Shown here: piece by piece, positions 9,643 to 17,537 of the stretch | How positions within the stretch are numbered: the first letter of the stretch is position 1 | Layout: the number at the start of each line of letters is the position of its first letter | Made by a program: the position numbers and the translations under genes | Notes under the pieces: model-generated | Told to the model about the DNA's origin: nothing | Database searches by the model: none | The model's input: the letters and a program-made list of their open reading frames with translations, nothing else | Assembly (NCBI GenBank): GCA_039679675.1 | Contig: JBDKUN010000028.1 | Coordinates: 96,001-160,000 of the forward strand | DNA length: 64,000 nucleotides | From: Armatimonadota bacterium | GTDB lineage: Bacteria; Armatimonadota; UBA5829; DTLH01 | Reading direction: 5' to 3'

Positions 9643-10496
9643 GCACAGATATAAACGAGATAACAAAAGAGCAGATGCAGAACCCCTACATGCCGAACAT
9701 GGCTGTGGTAGAGAAGATAATCCAGGAGACCTGGGACACAAAGACGTTTAGAGCGGTCTTTGTGGATGAATATCTCCGCGAAAACTTCACCTATAAGCCC
9801 GGACAGTTCCAGGAAGTGAGCGTTTTCGGCGTCGGCGAGTGCACATTCTGCCTGACATCGAGCCCATCAAAGAAAGGCTACATCGAGTTTTCGGTCAAAA
9901 AGGTCGGAAACGTCACTAAAGCGCTCCATGAGCTTTCCGAGGGCGATAAAGTCGGCATCCGCGCTCCTTTCGGCAACTGGTTTCCTTATGACGAATGGAA
10001 AGGGAAGAACCTGATATTCATCGGCGGCGGAATCGGAATGGCACCTATGCGGTCGATCCTGAACTACTGCCTGGATAACAGGGCCGATTACGGCGACATA
10101 ACGACCATTTACGGCGCACGTACTCCCGGCGACCTCTGCTTTACGTATGAGTTCGACGAGTGGAAGAAAAACGCCAATCTTTATCTGACGGTTGATGCCG
10201 GTGATGACAGTTGGAAGGGAAGAGTCGGTCACGTTCCCGGCTGCCTTATGGAGCTTGCTCCGAAGCCGGAGAACACAATAGCCGTCACCTGCGGGCCGCC
10301 TATCATGATCAAGTTTGCACTCGCAAACTTGAAAGAACTCGGCTTCAAGGACGAACAGATATACACGACGCTTGAGATGAAGATGAAATGCGGCGTCGGC
10401 AAGTGCGGACGATGCAACATCGGCAAGAAATACGTGTGTATCGACGGGCCGGTGTTCTCATTTGCCCAGATACAGGAGCTTCCGCCGGAGTTCTAG
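9639..10496 (+). CDS. flxA: FlxA, AsrB/PyrK-like FAD/NAD-binding subunit
   Basis: PGQF, GGGIGMAP, CGPPIM, MKCGVGKCGRC, VCIDGPVF. Confidence 0.88.
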   Translation: MSTDINEITKEQMQNPYMPNMAVVEKIIQETWDTKTFRAVFVDEYLRENFTYKPGQFQEVSVFGVGECTFCLTSSPSKKGYIEFSVKKVGNVTKALHELSEGDKVGIRAPFGNWFPYDEWKGKNLIFIGGGIGMAPMRSILNYCLDNRADYGDITTIYGARTPGDLCFTYEFDEWKKNANLYLTVDAGDDSWKGRVGHVPGCLMELAPKPENTIAVTCGPPIMIKFALANLKELGFKDEQIYTTLEMKMKCGVGKCGRCNIGKKYVCIDGPVFSFAQIQELPPEF

Positions 10497-10526
10497 GCCG
10501 GTCCTGAAACTTAGATCGCTATTATT

Positions 10527-10557
10527 AAGGGCTGCGAGTGCTTTTTCGCAGCCTTTT
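10527..10557 (+). terminator. intrinsic terminator after flxA
   Basis: GGCTGCGA/TCGCAGCC stem followed by TTTT. Confidence 0.75.
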
Positions 10558-10590
10558 CGCATGTACGGGAGCCATTATAGCAAGCGATCA

Positions 10591-10619
10591 TTGACATATT
10601 CCAATTCTTGAGTTCTAAT
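10591..10619 (+). promoter_or_regulatory. sigma70 promoter
   Basis: TTGACA-17nt-TCTAAT. Confidence 0.55.
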
Positions 10620-10683
10620 GTAGATGGAAATAGTAGACAGCGGTGTATTATCTACAAAATCATTTTCCAAAGGATATACAGAT

Positions 10684-12678
10684 ATGAAGAATCTGATAAC
10701 GTGTGGACTTATGCTGGTACTCATTGCTGCATGCTGTTCTTCAGTATATTGCGTGGATACCGCAGGCGGGTATACCGTCGTGGTCAGCAGTAATACTTAT
10801 GCCAATGCTTCATGGAGGGATGTTGTCGATGCCCTCGTGGCAAAACATGATGCCGATCTTGTAGTTTACTCAGGTACTGCATTCCCAGCTTCGGTGCGGA
10901 CATCCCTTTCGCTGAAAATGCCGAGATATGTCTGTTTCGTGGGGCAGCCCTCCGAACTTGGCGAATCATATGTTCGGACTGTATATCAGCTTTCCCGTTC
11001 GCTCGACAGTGACACCTATGGGGATTTTATCTGGGGGATTTTGACAGGTTATAACGCGGCGGACGCGAAGAGGATAGTAGAAGCTTCTCCGCTTTCCATA
11101 AGGAAAGGGCTCACAAAGACCTGCCCCGGATGGATCGATTGTCTTCGCTCCGGGATATTTCATTCCGAAGTAGACTATACCATGATGTGGGTCAAACCGG
11201 ACTGCCAGCCCATAGATACGACCCAGGCCGGACCGGTTGACGATACGTCTGCCCTCGTGAGCGAGATCAACACAAATACGGTGGACCTGGTTGTCTCGAG
11301 CGGGCACGCGACTCAGACCTCATGGCAGCTTCATTACCCGACCGTCGGCCTTGACGGAATGTTTTACTCCAGTAACGGCCTTGTCTACGGTGTAGCACAC
11401 AGCGGGAAAGTTTATAATATCAATTCGACCAACCCCAAGGTGTATTATGCTCCGGGTAACTGCCTTATAGGACTGACGACCAGCGGCAATAATATGGTCC
11501 CGTCATGGATCCATTCCGGCGGCGTGGTCCAGTTTGCCGGATATGTGGTCACGACGGATAACGGCTATATGGGGTGGGGCGTTTATAATTTCTTTATGGA
11601 CATGGTCGGCCGCTACACTTATGCCGAGAGCGTTTTCTTGACTAACCAGTCACTTCTGTTCGACCAGGAGTTTGTGACTCCCGGTATAGACCAGAGCAAA
11701 CTGACTTATGACCGTGACGTCTTCGCATTTTACGGTGATCCAGCCTACGAAGCAAGGGTCGAAGCGTACACCGGCGGCCACACTCCGCCATACACTCAGT
11801 TGCTGACCTGTGCTACGACCGATACTCCGGGCGTGTGCCGCTTTACCATGAAGGTCAGGATGAACTCTGCGACCAATATGGCCAAACCGGTTTTCGCTTT
11901 CCTGCCCTTCAGGATAGGTGCGGCGACAGTCATCAGTTCAAACGCACGCCAGGTGAAGATAACTGATGATATGGCGATGATGCAGCTTTGGGCACAGGGT
12001 GACGCCAATCTCACAGCCGGACAGGAATGGCAGCTTGTGTTCGAGAGCCAACTTCCGCAAACCGTCAGCATAAAATCCGCCAAGGCCCTGTCCTCGGGGA
12101 CACTCGCCGGTATCAGCAATGCGGTTGTGACCGCCGCATCCGATGATTATCTCTATGTCGAATCGACAGACCGGTCTATGGGTATTCGCGTGGACAAGCC
12201 CGGACATGGGATTCTGCCCAATACAAAGGTAACGGTCTACGGCACACTTGCTACCCGCCAGGGTGAGCGCACCATCAACGCCGCCATAATCACGCCAAAC
12301 GGCACCGGGAGTGTCGATCCGGTCGGGATGACAAACAAAGAGATCGGTGGCGGAGGATGGGCCTATGATCCGGCGCTCAGGACAGGCCAAATGGGTATCA
12401 CCGGAGCGGATGGATTGAACAATACGGGTCTGTTGATCACTGCTTGGGGCAAGGTGACATATGCAGAGAACGGCATGTTCTACATCGACGATGGTTCAGG
12501 TATAAAGGACGGTTCTGGCCATACCGGTGTAAAAGTCTACGGAAACGTCCCGACGGCTGAAGACCCTGTAGGCAAGAGCGTGAAGATCATCGGGACTTCC
12601 AGCTGTGAAACTCAGGGAACGAACTTGATCCGGGTGATAAGGCCGCGCGACGCGACTGCTGTTACGCTGATGGACTGA
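10684..12678 (+). CDS. secreted protein, possible peptidase C25 (gingipain)-like domain plus C-terminal OB-fold-like tandem domain
   Basis: Signal peptide MKNLITCGLML..; SGHA and GNC (possible His/Cys dyad), FYGDP; C-terminal GLNNTGLLITAWGKVT..YIDDGSG. Confidence 0.65.
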   Translation: MKNLITCGLMLVLIAACCSSVYCVDTAGGYTVVVSSNTYANASWRDVVDALVAKHDADLVVYSGTAFPASVRTSLSLKMPRYVCFVGQPSELGESYVRTVYQLSRSLDSDTYGDFIWGILTGYNAADAKRIVEASPLSIRKGLTKTCPGWIDCLRSGIFHSEVDYTMMWVKPDCQPIDTTQAGPVDDTSALVSEINTNTVDLVVSSGHATQTSWQLHYPTVGLDGMFYSSNGLVYGVAHSGKVYNINSTNPKVYYAPGNCLIGLTTSGNNMVPSWIHSGGVVQFAGYVVTTDNGYMGWGVYNFFMDMVGRYTYAESVFLTNQSLLFDQEFVTPGIDQSKLTYDRDVFAFYGDPAYEARVEAYTGGHTPPYTQLLTCATTDTPGVCRFTMKVRMNSATNMAKPVFAFLPFRIGAATVISSNARQVKITDDMAMMQLWAQGDANLTAGQEWQLVFESQLPQTVSIKSAKALSSGTLAGISNAVVTAASDDYLYVESTDRSMGIRVDKPGHGILPNTKVTVYGTLATRQGERTINAAIITPNGTGSVDPVGMTNKEIGGGGWAYDPALRTGQMGITGADGLNNTGLLITAWGKVTYAENGMFYIDDGSGIKDGSGHTGVKVYGNVPTAEDPVGKSVKIIGTSSCETQGTNLIRVIRPRDATAVTLMD

Positions 12679-12777
12679 TACCTGTAAAATTCCGGCTGCG
12701 GATGCATCTAAAGAGTTTTGGTTGAAATAGTATTGCACACGCTACAAAACTCTCCAACTCCGCAGCCGGTTGATTAT

Positions 12778-13536
12778 CTACCTGGCTTTATCAGGGTTAA
12801 ATTCGCCTTTTTGGTTTGCCGCAATCAAGCTCTTTTGAGATACCCACTTGGCATGCCCATCGCAGTAAACGACTGTGGTGCCAGTATAGTGGACGTCTCC
12901 GGGCATATCTTCCGCAGTCCAATTGAAGTCGCCGTCATTTATAGTGCTTCGGCTCTCGTGTATGAGCATCAGGATCTTGCTTATCCTGTTATTTCCGCCA
13001 TAGCCGGTGATCTTCATATTACCTGTGCAAGACTTAAAGTGAAAGTCTACCAGTCCTCCGCAGCTCATATTAGACAAATTTCTAAGGGACAACACACAGT
13101 TCATGGAGTAACTCAACGGACAGTTGAGCCTTTGATCCAGAGTGCAGCTTCCCATCCCCTTCGCTTCTCTTTTTACATCGCTTGGGCAGAGGAAAATATC
13201 AGTATTCTTAACGTAATTAGCCAGTTGTCCTTTGTTCGGATACACCATATACCCGACACCCATAGAACCGCACCAGTTGTTATATGGGGGTGTCCCGTAA
13301 AATGTTGAGGACTCCCCGCATACTCTTGCGCCGGGGAAACGGCTGTCCCAGGAATCCGTATACAATAAGACTGCGGTGGCCAACTGCTTTAAATTGTTGC
13401 AGCATTTCACCTGGCGCGCATGGTCCTTTGCAGAGTTGAAAACAGGGAACAAGATAGCTGCCAGAACAGCTATGATGGCTATAACCACCAACAACTCTAT
13501 CAGAGTAAACCCGCTACGCACGATCAACCTTCTCAT
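12778..13536 (-). CDS. DUF1559 prepilin-type N-terminal cleavage/methylation protein with H-X9-DG motif
   Basis: [46 protein letters not shown]. Confidence 0.92.
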   Translation of the reverse strand: MRRLIVRSGFTLIELLVVIAIIAVLAAILFPVFNSAKDHARQVKCCNNLKQLATAVLLYTDSWDSRFPGARVCGESSTFYGTPPYNNWCGSMGVGYMVYPNKGQLANYVKNTDIFLCPSDVKREAKGMGSCTLDQRLNCPLSYSMNCVLSLRNLSNMSCGGLVDFHFKSCTGNMKITGYGGNNRISKILMLIHESRSTINDGDFNWTAEDMPGDVHYTGTTVVYCDGHAKWVSQKSLIAANQKGEFNPDKAR

Positions 13537-13596
13537 TTAGCCCCCTGAATTCGCACCGCTCATTATTTGGACGCCGGAAATGTCCGGTGTTATATT

Positions 13597-13612
13597 ACGA
13601 AACCGTTTGCAT
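13597..13612. promoter_or_regulatory. LacI-family-type operator
   Basis: ACGAAACCGTTTGCAT imperfect palindrome with central CG, just downstream of the minus-strand promoter. Confidence 0.6.
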
Positions 13613-13621
13613 TAGTTTGAG

Positions 13622-13651
13622 AGTCTAGCATGATATTTTTAACCCGGTCAA
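13622..13651 (-). promoter_or_regulatory. sigma70 promoter for DUF1559 gene
   Basis: Minus strand TTGACC-18nt-TAGACT with TGn extension. Confidence 0.55.
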
Positions 13652-13714
13652 TTTAAATTTTGAACATATATTAGCTAAAGCTTCTGCTGCTAATTGCCTG
13701 TCCTTCGGATTTTC

Positions 13715-13742
13715 TGCAACTTTCGTATATTTCTATCGTCTA
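13715..13742 (+). promoter_or_regulatory. ECF-sigma-type promoter
   Basis: TGCAAC-16nt-CGTCTA. Confidence 0.55.
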
Positions 13743-13821
13743 GCATATAAAGAAAGACGGCAACTGAGCCGATATGTTTTCACGTATTAACAATAAGAGC
13801 ACTACCGGAAGGAGTTGAACA

Positions 13822-14574
13822 ATGGCTCGTATTTCTATTCTGCGGCGGGTGATACTGGCGGCATCCATCGCGGTCATAATGGCATCTATGGCAAACGCGG
13901 AAACGTCCGCAGGGCTGCGAAAGCGGTTGGCAGTCGCCTGCTCCTCTATATCCGACCTCAAAGGCAACATGGTGGTTCATCCTGCCAGCAAAGGCGAGGC
14001 AAAGGAGATCAGTAAAGGTATACTGGAGTTTCTGGACCACGGTTTTCGAGATGTATCGGTCTCTTACAAAAGGCCGGACAAGTTCCGCGCACAGGGCAAG
14101 GCAAAGGGCGTGGATGTCACTTACGTGCTGAACGGCAATAAAAAGCAGATTACCGCCCCTTCGATCATGCTGAAAAAGACCGACGATCTTTCCAGAGACC
14201 GCGCAAAGAAGCAGACTACCCTCGATCTGGGATTTGCATCGGACTCGATGTGGCGAGACAATAACGTCAAGCTGATCGCTGAGTCCAAAGGCATCGCAAC
14301 CTTACAACTCATCCCGAAAGGGACTGATGACAAGCGCAAGGAACTGGTCTGGATCGAGACAAAGACACTGAAGGTCGTCAAACGTGAGCGATACAAAGGT
14401 GACGGACGCCTGAAATCGCGCAACATATACACAGGTCACAAAATGATCGGTAAAGTTCCCGTCGCGACCTACGTAAAGGTATACTCCGCAGATGGAGGCT
14501 ACGCCGGAGCGGTGTCCATAAAAGACCTGCGTGCCAATACCGGCCTGCCAAACTCGATGTTTGCTATTAAATAG
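13822..14574 (+). CDS. LolA-like outer-membrane lipoprotein-sorting protein
   Basis: Signal peptide, YKRPDKFR, LVWIETKTLKVVKRERY, NTGLPNSMF C-terminus. Confidence 0.75.
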   Translation: MARISILRRVILAASIAVIMASMANAETSAGLRKRLAVACSSISDLKGNMVVHPASKGEAKEISKGILEFLDHGFRDVSVSYKRPDKFRAQGKAKGVDVTYVLNGNKKQITAPSIMLKKTDDLSRDRAKKQTTLDLGFASDSMWRDNNVKLIAESKGIATLQLIPKGTDDKRKELVWIETKTLKVVKRERYKGDGRLKSRNIYTGHKMIGKVPVATYVKVYSADGGYAGAVSIKDLRANTGLPNSMFAIK

Positions 14575-14584
14575 GGCCGCAGGA

Positions 14585-14612
14585 TTGCAACACCACGTCC
14601 GGTTGGTATAAT
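14585..14612 (+). promoter_or_regulatory. sigma70 promoter
   Basis: TTGCAA-16nt-TATAAT with TGn. Confidence 0.55.
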
Positions 14613-14646
14613 GATAAGTAATTTTTGTACGAAAGGATCAAGAGTC

Positions 14647-14904
14647 ATGGCTAAGCGAATTGTCATCGGGTTATTCCTGGGAAAAAGGGTCACTACAGCG
14701 CCGGATGTGCAGGGCGTTCTGACTGAGTACGGCTGCCACATCAAGACGCGGATCGGGCTGCATAACGTGGACGATATGTCCTGCTCCGGGAGCGGACTGA
14801 TCCTTCTTGAGATGTACGGAGATGAGTCCAAAATCCACGAGATGGAAGAAAAACTCAAAAAATACGAAGGCATAGAAATTCAGAAAATGGTATTTGAGGA
14901 GTAA
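14647..14904 (+). CDS. small ACT-like protein, TM1266/iron-only hydrogenase regulator-like
   Basis: VQGVLTEYGCHIKTRIGLH..GLILLE..IQKMVF. Confidence 0.7.
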   Translation: MAKRIVIGLFLGKRVTTAPDVQGVLTEYGCHIKTRIGLHNVDDMSCSGSGLILLEMYGDESKIHEMEEKLKKYEGIEIQKMVFEE

Positions 14905-14917
14905 TAGTATTTGGGTG

Positions 14918-14944
14918 GTGCTTCGGAATAACATCCCGAAGCAC
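14918..14944. terminator. hairpin between convergent genes
   Basis: GTGCTTCGG/CCGAAGCAC 9-bp stem. Confidence 0.6.
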
Positions 14945-14959
14945 ACTCTTCATTCTCAA

Positions 14960-15736
14960 TCAGAACGATGTTGACAGCGTAACGCCGGCAAAGAAGTTGT
15001 TTCTGTCCTCGCCGGCAGCTTTCATGGCATCCTTAATATCGCTGTTTATTATCATCGAATAGCTGGCATTCGGGGTGAATGTCATACCGTTCTTCATCGT
15101 GTAGGGCATACTTGCGCTGAAGAGCACATCTGTGAGTGCCGATTTGTCCACTCCTGCGTAGTAATACTTGACGAACTTATTCGAGCCGTATGACAGTTTT
15201 GCTGAGAGCCCCAGCTTGGGAGCTTTCTGCCATGCCGTAGCACAGTCGTGTCCGACGCCCAGGCTCAAATAGTATCCATCCGCCTCGTCGAAGTCATAAT
15301 TGGCAGAGAGCGTGGCTGCAAGCGGGCCGCCCAGGCACATGCTCATGAATACTTCGCTGGTGCTGGAGTCGGAGGTGTTCGGGTATGTGTAGCGGCTTAA
15401 TCCGGCGTTCATTTCCCGACCTTTGGCTTCCCAGGCATAGTTCAGCGTGTAGTCAGCTTCGGTCAAGTCGCCGGATTTACCCGCTATATTCGTGCTATCC
15501 ATACTTCCCCAAAGGTTAAAGCTGAATCCGCTGGGATGAGAGACAGTGATGGACGGCTGGAATACCGGATCGGTGTTGAAAGGTATACCCCTCCATACGT
15601 ACTGGCTCACGTAGCCGAGGTCTACACTTGTACTCAGGCCGGTGGATGGGAGTTCCGGTTCCTGTGCGACTGCCGCTGAAACCAACAGCAGGCAGATTGC
15701 CGCTGTCAGGCAGACAAGTATCGTTAATTTCTTCAT
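14960..15736 (-). CDS. outer-membrane beta-barrel protein (TorF/Gcw_chp-like)
   Basis: Signal peptide, SQYVWRG, PVFQPS, terminal Phe. Confidence 0.75.
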   Translation of the reverse strand: MKKLTILVCLTAAICLLLVSAAVAQEPELPSTGLSTSVDLGYVSQYVWRGIPFNTDPVFQPSITVSHPSGFSFNLWGSMDSTNIAGKSGDLTEADYTLNYAWEAKGREMNAGLSRYTYPNTSDSSTSEVFMSMCLGGPLAATLSANYDFDEADGYYLSLGVGHDCATAWQKAPKLGLSAKLSYGSNKFVKYYYAGVDKSALTDVLFSASMPYTMKNGMTFTPNASYSMIINSDIKDAMKAAGEDRNNFFAGVTLSTSF

Positions 15737-15832
15737 TCAAGAGCCTCCTTCTATTGCCATTCCTTGCAAGCAAGCTTGCGGTTTGCTTAATTTTTCGATA
15801 GGAGGCCCGAAAATACCTTCTCCTATTTAATT

Positions 15833-16840
15833 TTAGCCGAAGTGCTTCCAACCTGCTTTTAGCAAAGATTCGGCACCGTCCGGGTGGACGAGAGTGATCC
15901 TGCTTTCTTCGGTAAATTCTCCGATCTCGGTAACTCTTGTCCCGGTCGCCGTTTGGACAGTTTGAATGAGTTTTTCAGTGTTTTCCGGTGCAGCGGCGAT
16001 GAGAAGCTCATAATCCTCTCCGCCGGATGAGGCAAGCGACGCCGTAGACATTCCAAGAGCGGAAGCTGCGGGCTTAAGGCCGTCACTTACAGGTAACTTT
16101 TCTTCAAATACACGCGCGCCGACACCGCTTGCTCCGCACATCTTGCCGAGATCGATGGCGAGCCCGTCGGAAAGGTCCATCATCGCGCCAACAAGCCGCT
16201 CTTTGACTGCCGCGCGGGCCTCCGGGACTCTGGGGGTCGGTCTCAAGTGCCGTTCGACGACATGAGGGAAGTCTTTTGATGCCTGTGCAAGCCCGAATTT
16301 GTCCAAAAGCCTGAACCCGGCCAGTGAGTCTCCGATAGTCCCTGTGACAAGTATTCTGTCGCCGGGTCTCGCGGTATTTCGCTTAGCTGCCCGGCTTTCC
16401 TCGACCTCTCCGAGCTGCGCCACGTTTATGACGATGTTTCCGTCAGCTTTATTGGTATCTCCACCGATTATCCGACTTCCGAACCTGCGCGAGATGTCGT
16501 TCATCCCCTTGTAAAGCTCTTCGATGAACTCAACTTCTATATCAGGAAAAGCGATGGAGACAAAGGCCCACGTCGGAACCCCTCCCATCGCCGCGACGTC
16601 GCTTATATTTACCGCGACGGACTTCCAGCCGAGTGAATACGGGTCGATAATGTCCTGTCTGAAGTGAGTCCCTTCAATAAGGAGGTCAGTCGTGATGACC
16701 TGAAGCATCTCGCCGCATGTGAGCACAAGCGCGGCGTCGTCACCGAAACCGACCACCACGCGCGGGTCATCCATTTTGCCATGGAGCTTTTCTATTAGCT
16801 TGATGACGGCATTCTCGCCGCCGAATTCAGAGATTTTCAC
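15833..16840 (-). CDS. thiL: thiamine-monophosphate kinase
   Basis: GDDAA, NISDVAAMGG, GGDT, DLSDGL, GGEDYEL. Confidence 0.95.
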   Translation of the reverse strand: MKISEFGGENAVIKLIEKLHGKMDDPRVVVGFGDDAALVLTCGEMLQVITTDLLIEGTHFRQDIIDPYSLGWKSVAVNISDVAAMGGVPTWAFVSIAFPDIEVEFIEELYKGMNDISRRFGSRIIGGDTNKADGNIVINVAQLGEVEESRAAKRNTARPGDRILVTGTIGDSLAGFRLLDKFGLAQASKDFPHVVERHLRPTPRVPEARAAVKERLVGAMMDLSDGLAIDLGKMCGASGVGARVFEEKLPVSDGLKPAASALGMSTASLASSGGEDYELLIAAAPENTEKLIQTVQTATGTRVTEIGEFTEESRITLVHPDGAESLLKAGWKHFG

Positions 16841-17379
16841 TTCAACTCGCCAATCATCTGCTGGGCCATCAAAAGCCCGCTGGCTGTTTTCGCGTCTTTG
16901 ATCTCACCGGAGCGGATCATTTTCACAGCATCGTTGAGCTCTATTGTGACAACCTCGATGAACTCATCATCGTCTGCTTTTGCTCTGGCAGGGACTAAAT
17001 CCTCTGCGAGGAATATATGAAGCATCTCTTCCGAGTATCCTGGAGCAAGAAATGTGCTGCACATCTTGGTCAGCTTTCCGGCCTTGTAGCCTATTTCCTC
17101 CATCAGCTCCCGGTTCGCTGAGGTTTCGGCGTCTTCGTCCTTTTCCATAACCCCTGCAGGTATCTCCAGAAGCACTTCTCCGGCGGAGCGCCGGTACTGC
17201 TTCACCATTAAGACTTTCGTGGTGTCGAGAAGCGGCACTACGGCAATGGCTCCCTTGTGCTCGACTATCTCGCGCTTGGCCTCTCGCCCATCCGGCAAAA
17301 GAACCGTATCGACCCTCAGGTTCAATATCTTTCCATCATAGATCCGTTTTGTGGATATTACTTTTTCTGCTAAATTCAT
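16837..17379 (-). CDS. nudF: NUDIX hydrolase (ADP-ribose pyrophosphatase)
   Basis: EIPAG..RELMEEIG Nudix box, DAKT. Confidence 0.88.
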   Translation of the reverse strand: MNLAEKVISTKRIYDGKILNLRVDTVLLPDGREAKREIVEHKGAIAVVPLLDTTKVLMVKQYRRSAGEVLLEIPAGVMEKDEDAETSANRELMEEIGYKAGKLTKMCSTFLAPGYSEEMLHIFLAEDLVPARAKADDDEFIEVVTIELNDAVKMIRSGEIKDAKTASGLLMAQQMIGELK

Positions 17380-17477
17380 CGACTTTCACCGCTTTTATAT
17401 CTACTCAATATCTGGTTCGCTCTTTACAGCGCCGTTACCTGCTTTACAGTGAGTTTGCCTCGATTGCCTCGAAGCAT

Positions 17478-17521
17478 AAAAAAGCCGCCAGCACCAGAAA
17501 CAATACTGATGGCTGACGGCT
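17478..17521 (-). terminator. terminator after secA, partly formed by a GCTGAnn array
   Basis: Minus strand AGCCGTCAGC..GCTGGCGGCT-TTTTT; arm overlaps actgatg gctgacg gctgatt. Confidence 0.7.
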
Positions 17522-17537
17522 GATTACTGAACTGCTA

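Noticed and set aside
12718..13308. 196-aa plus-strand ORF
   Set aside because: Antisense to the clearly recognisable DUF1559 gene
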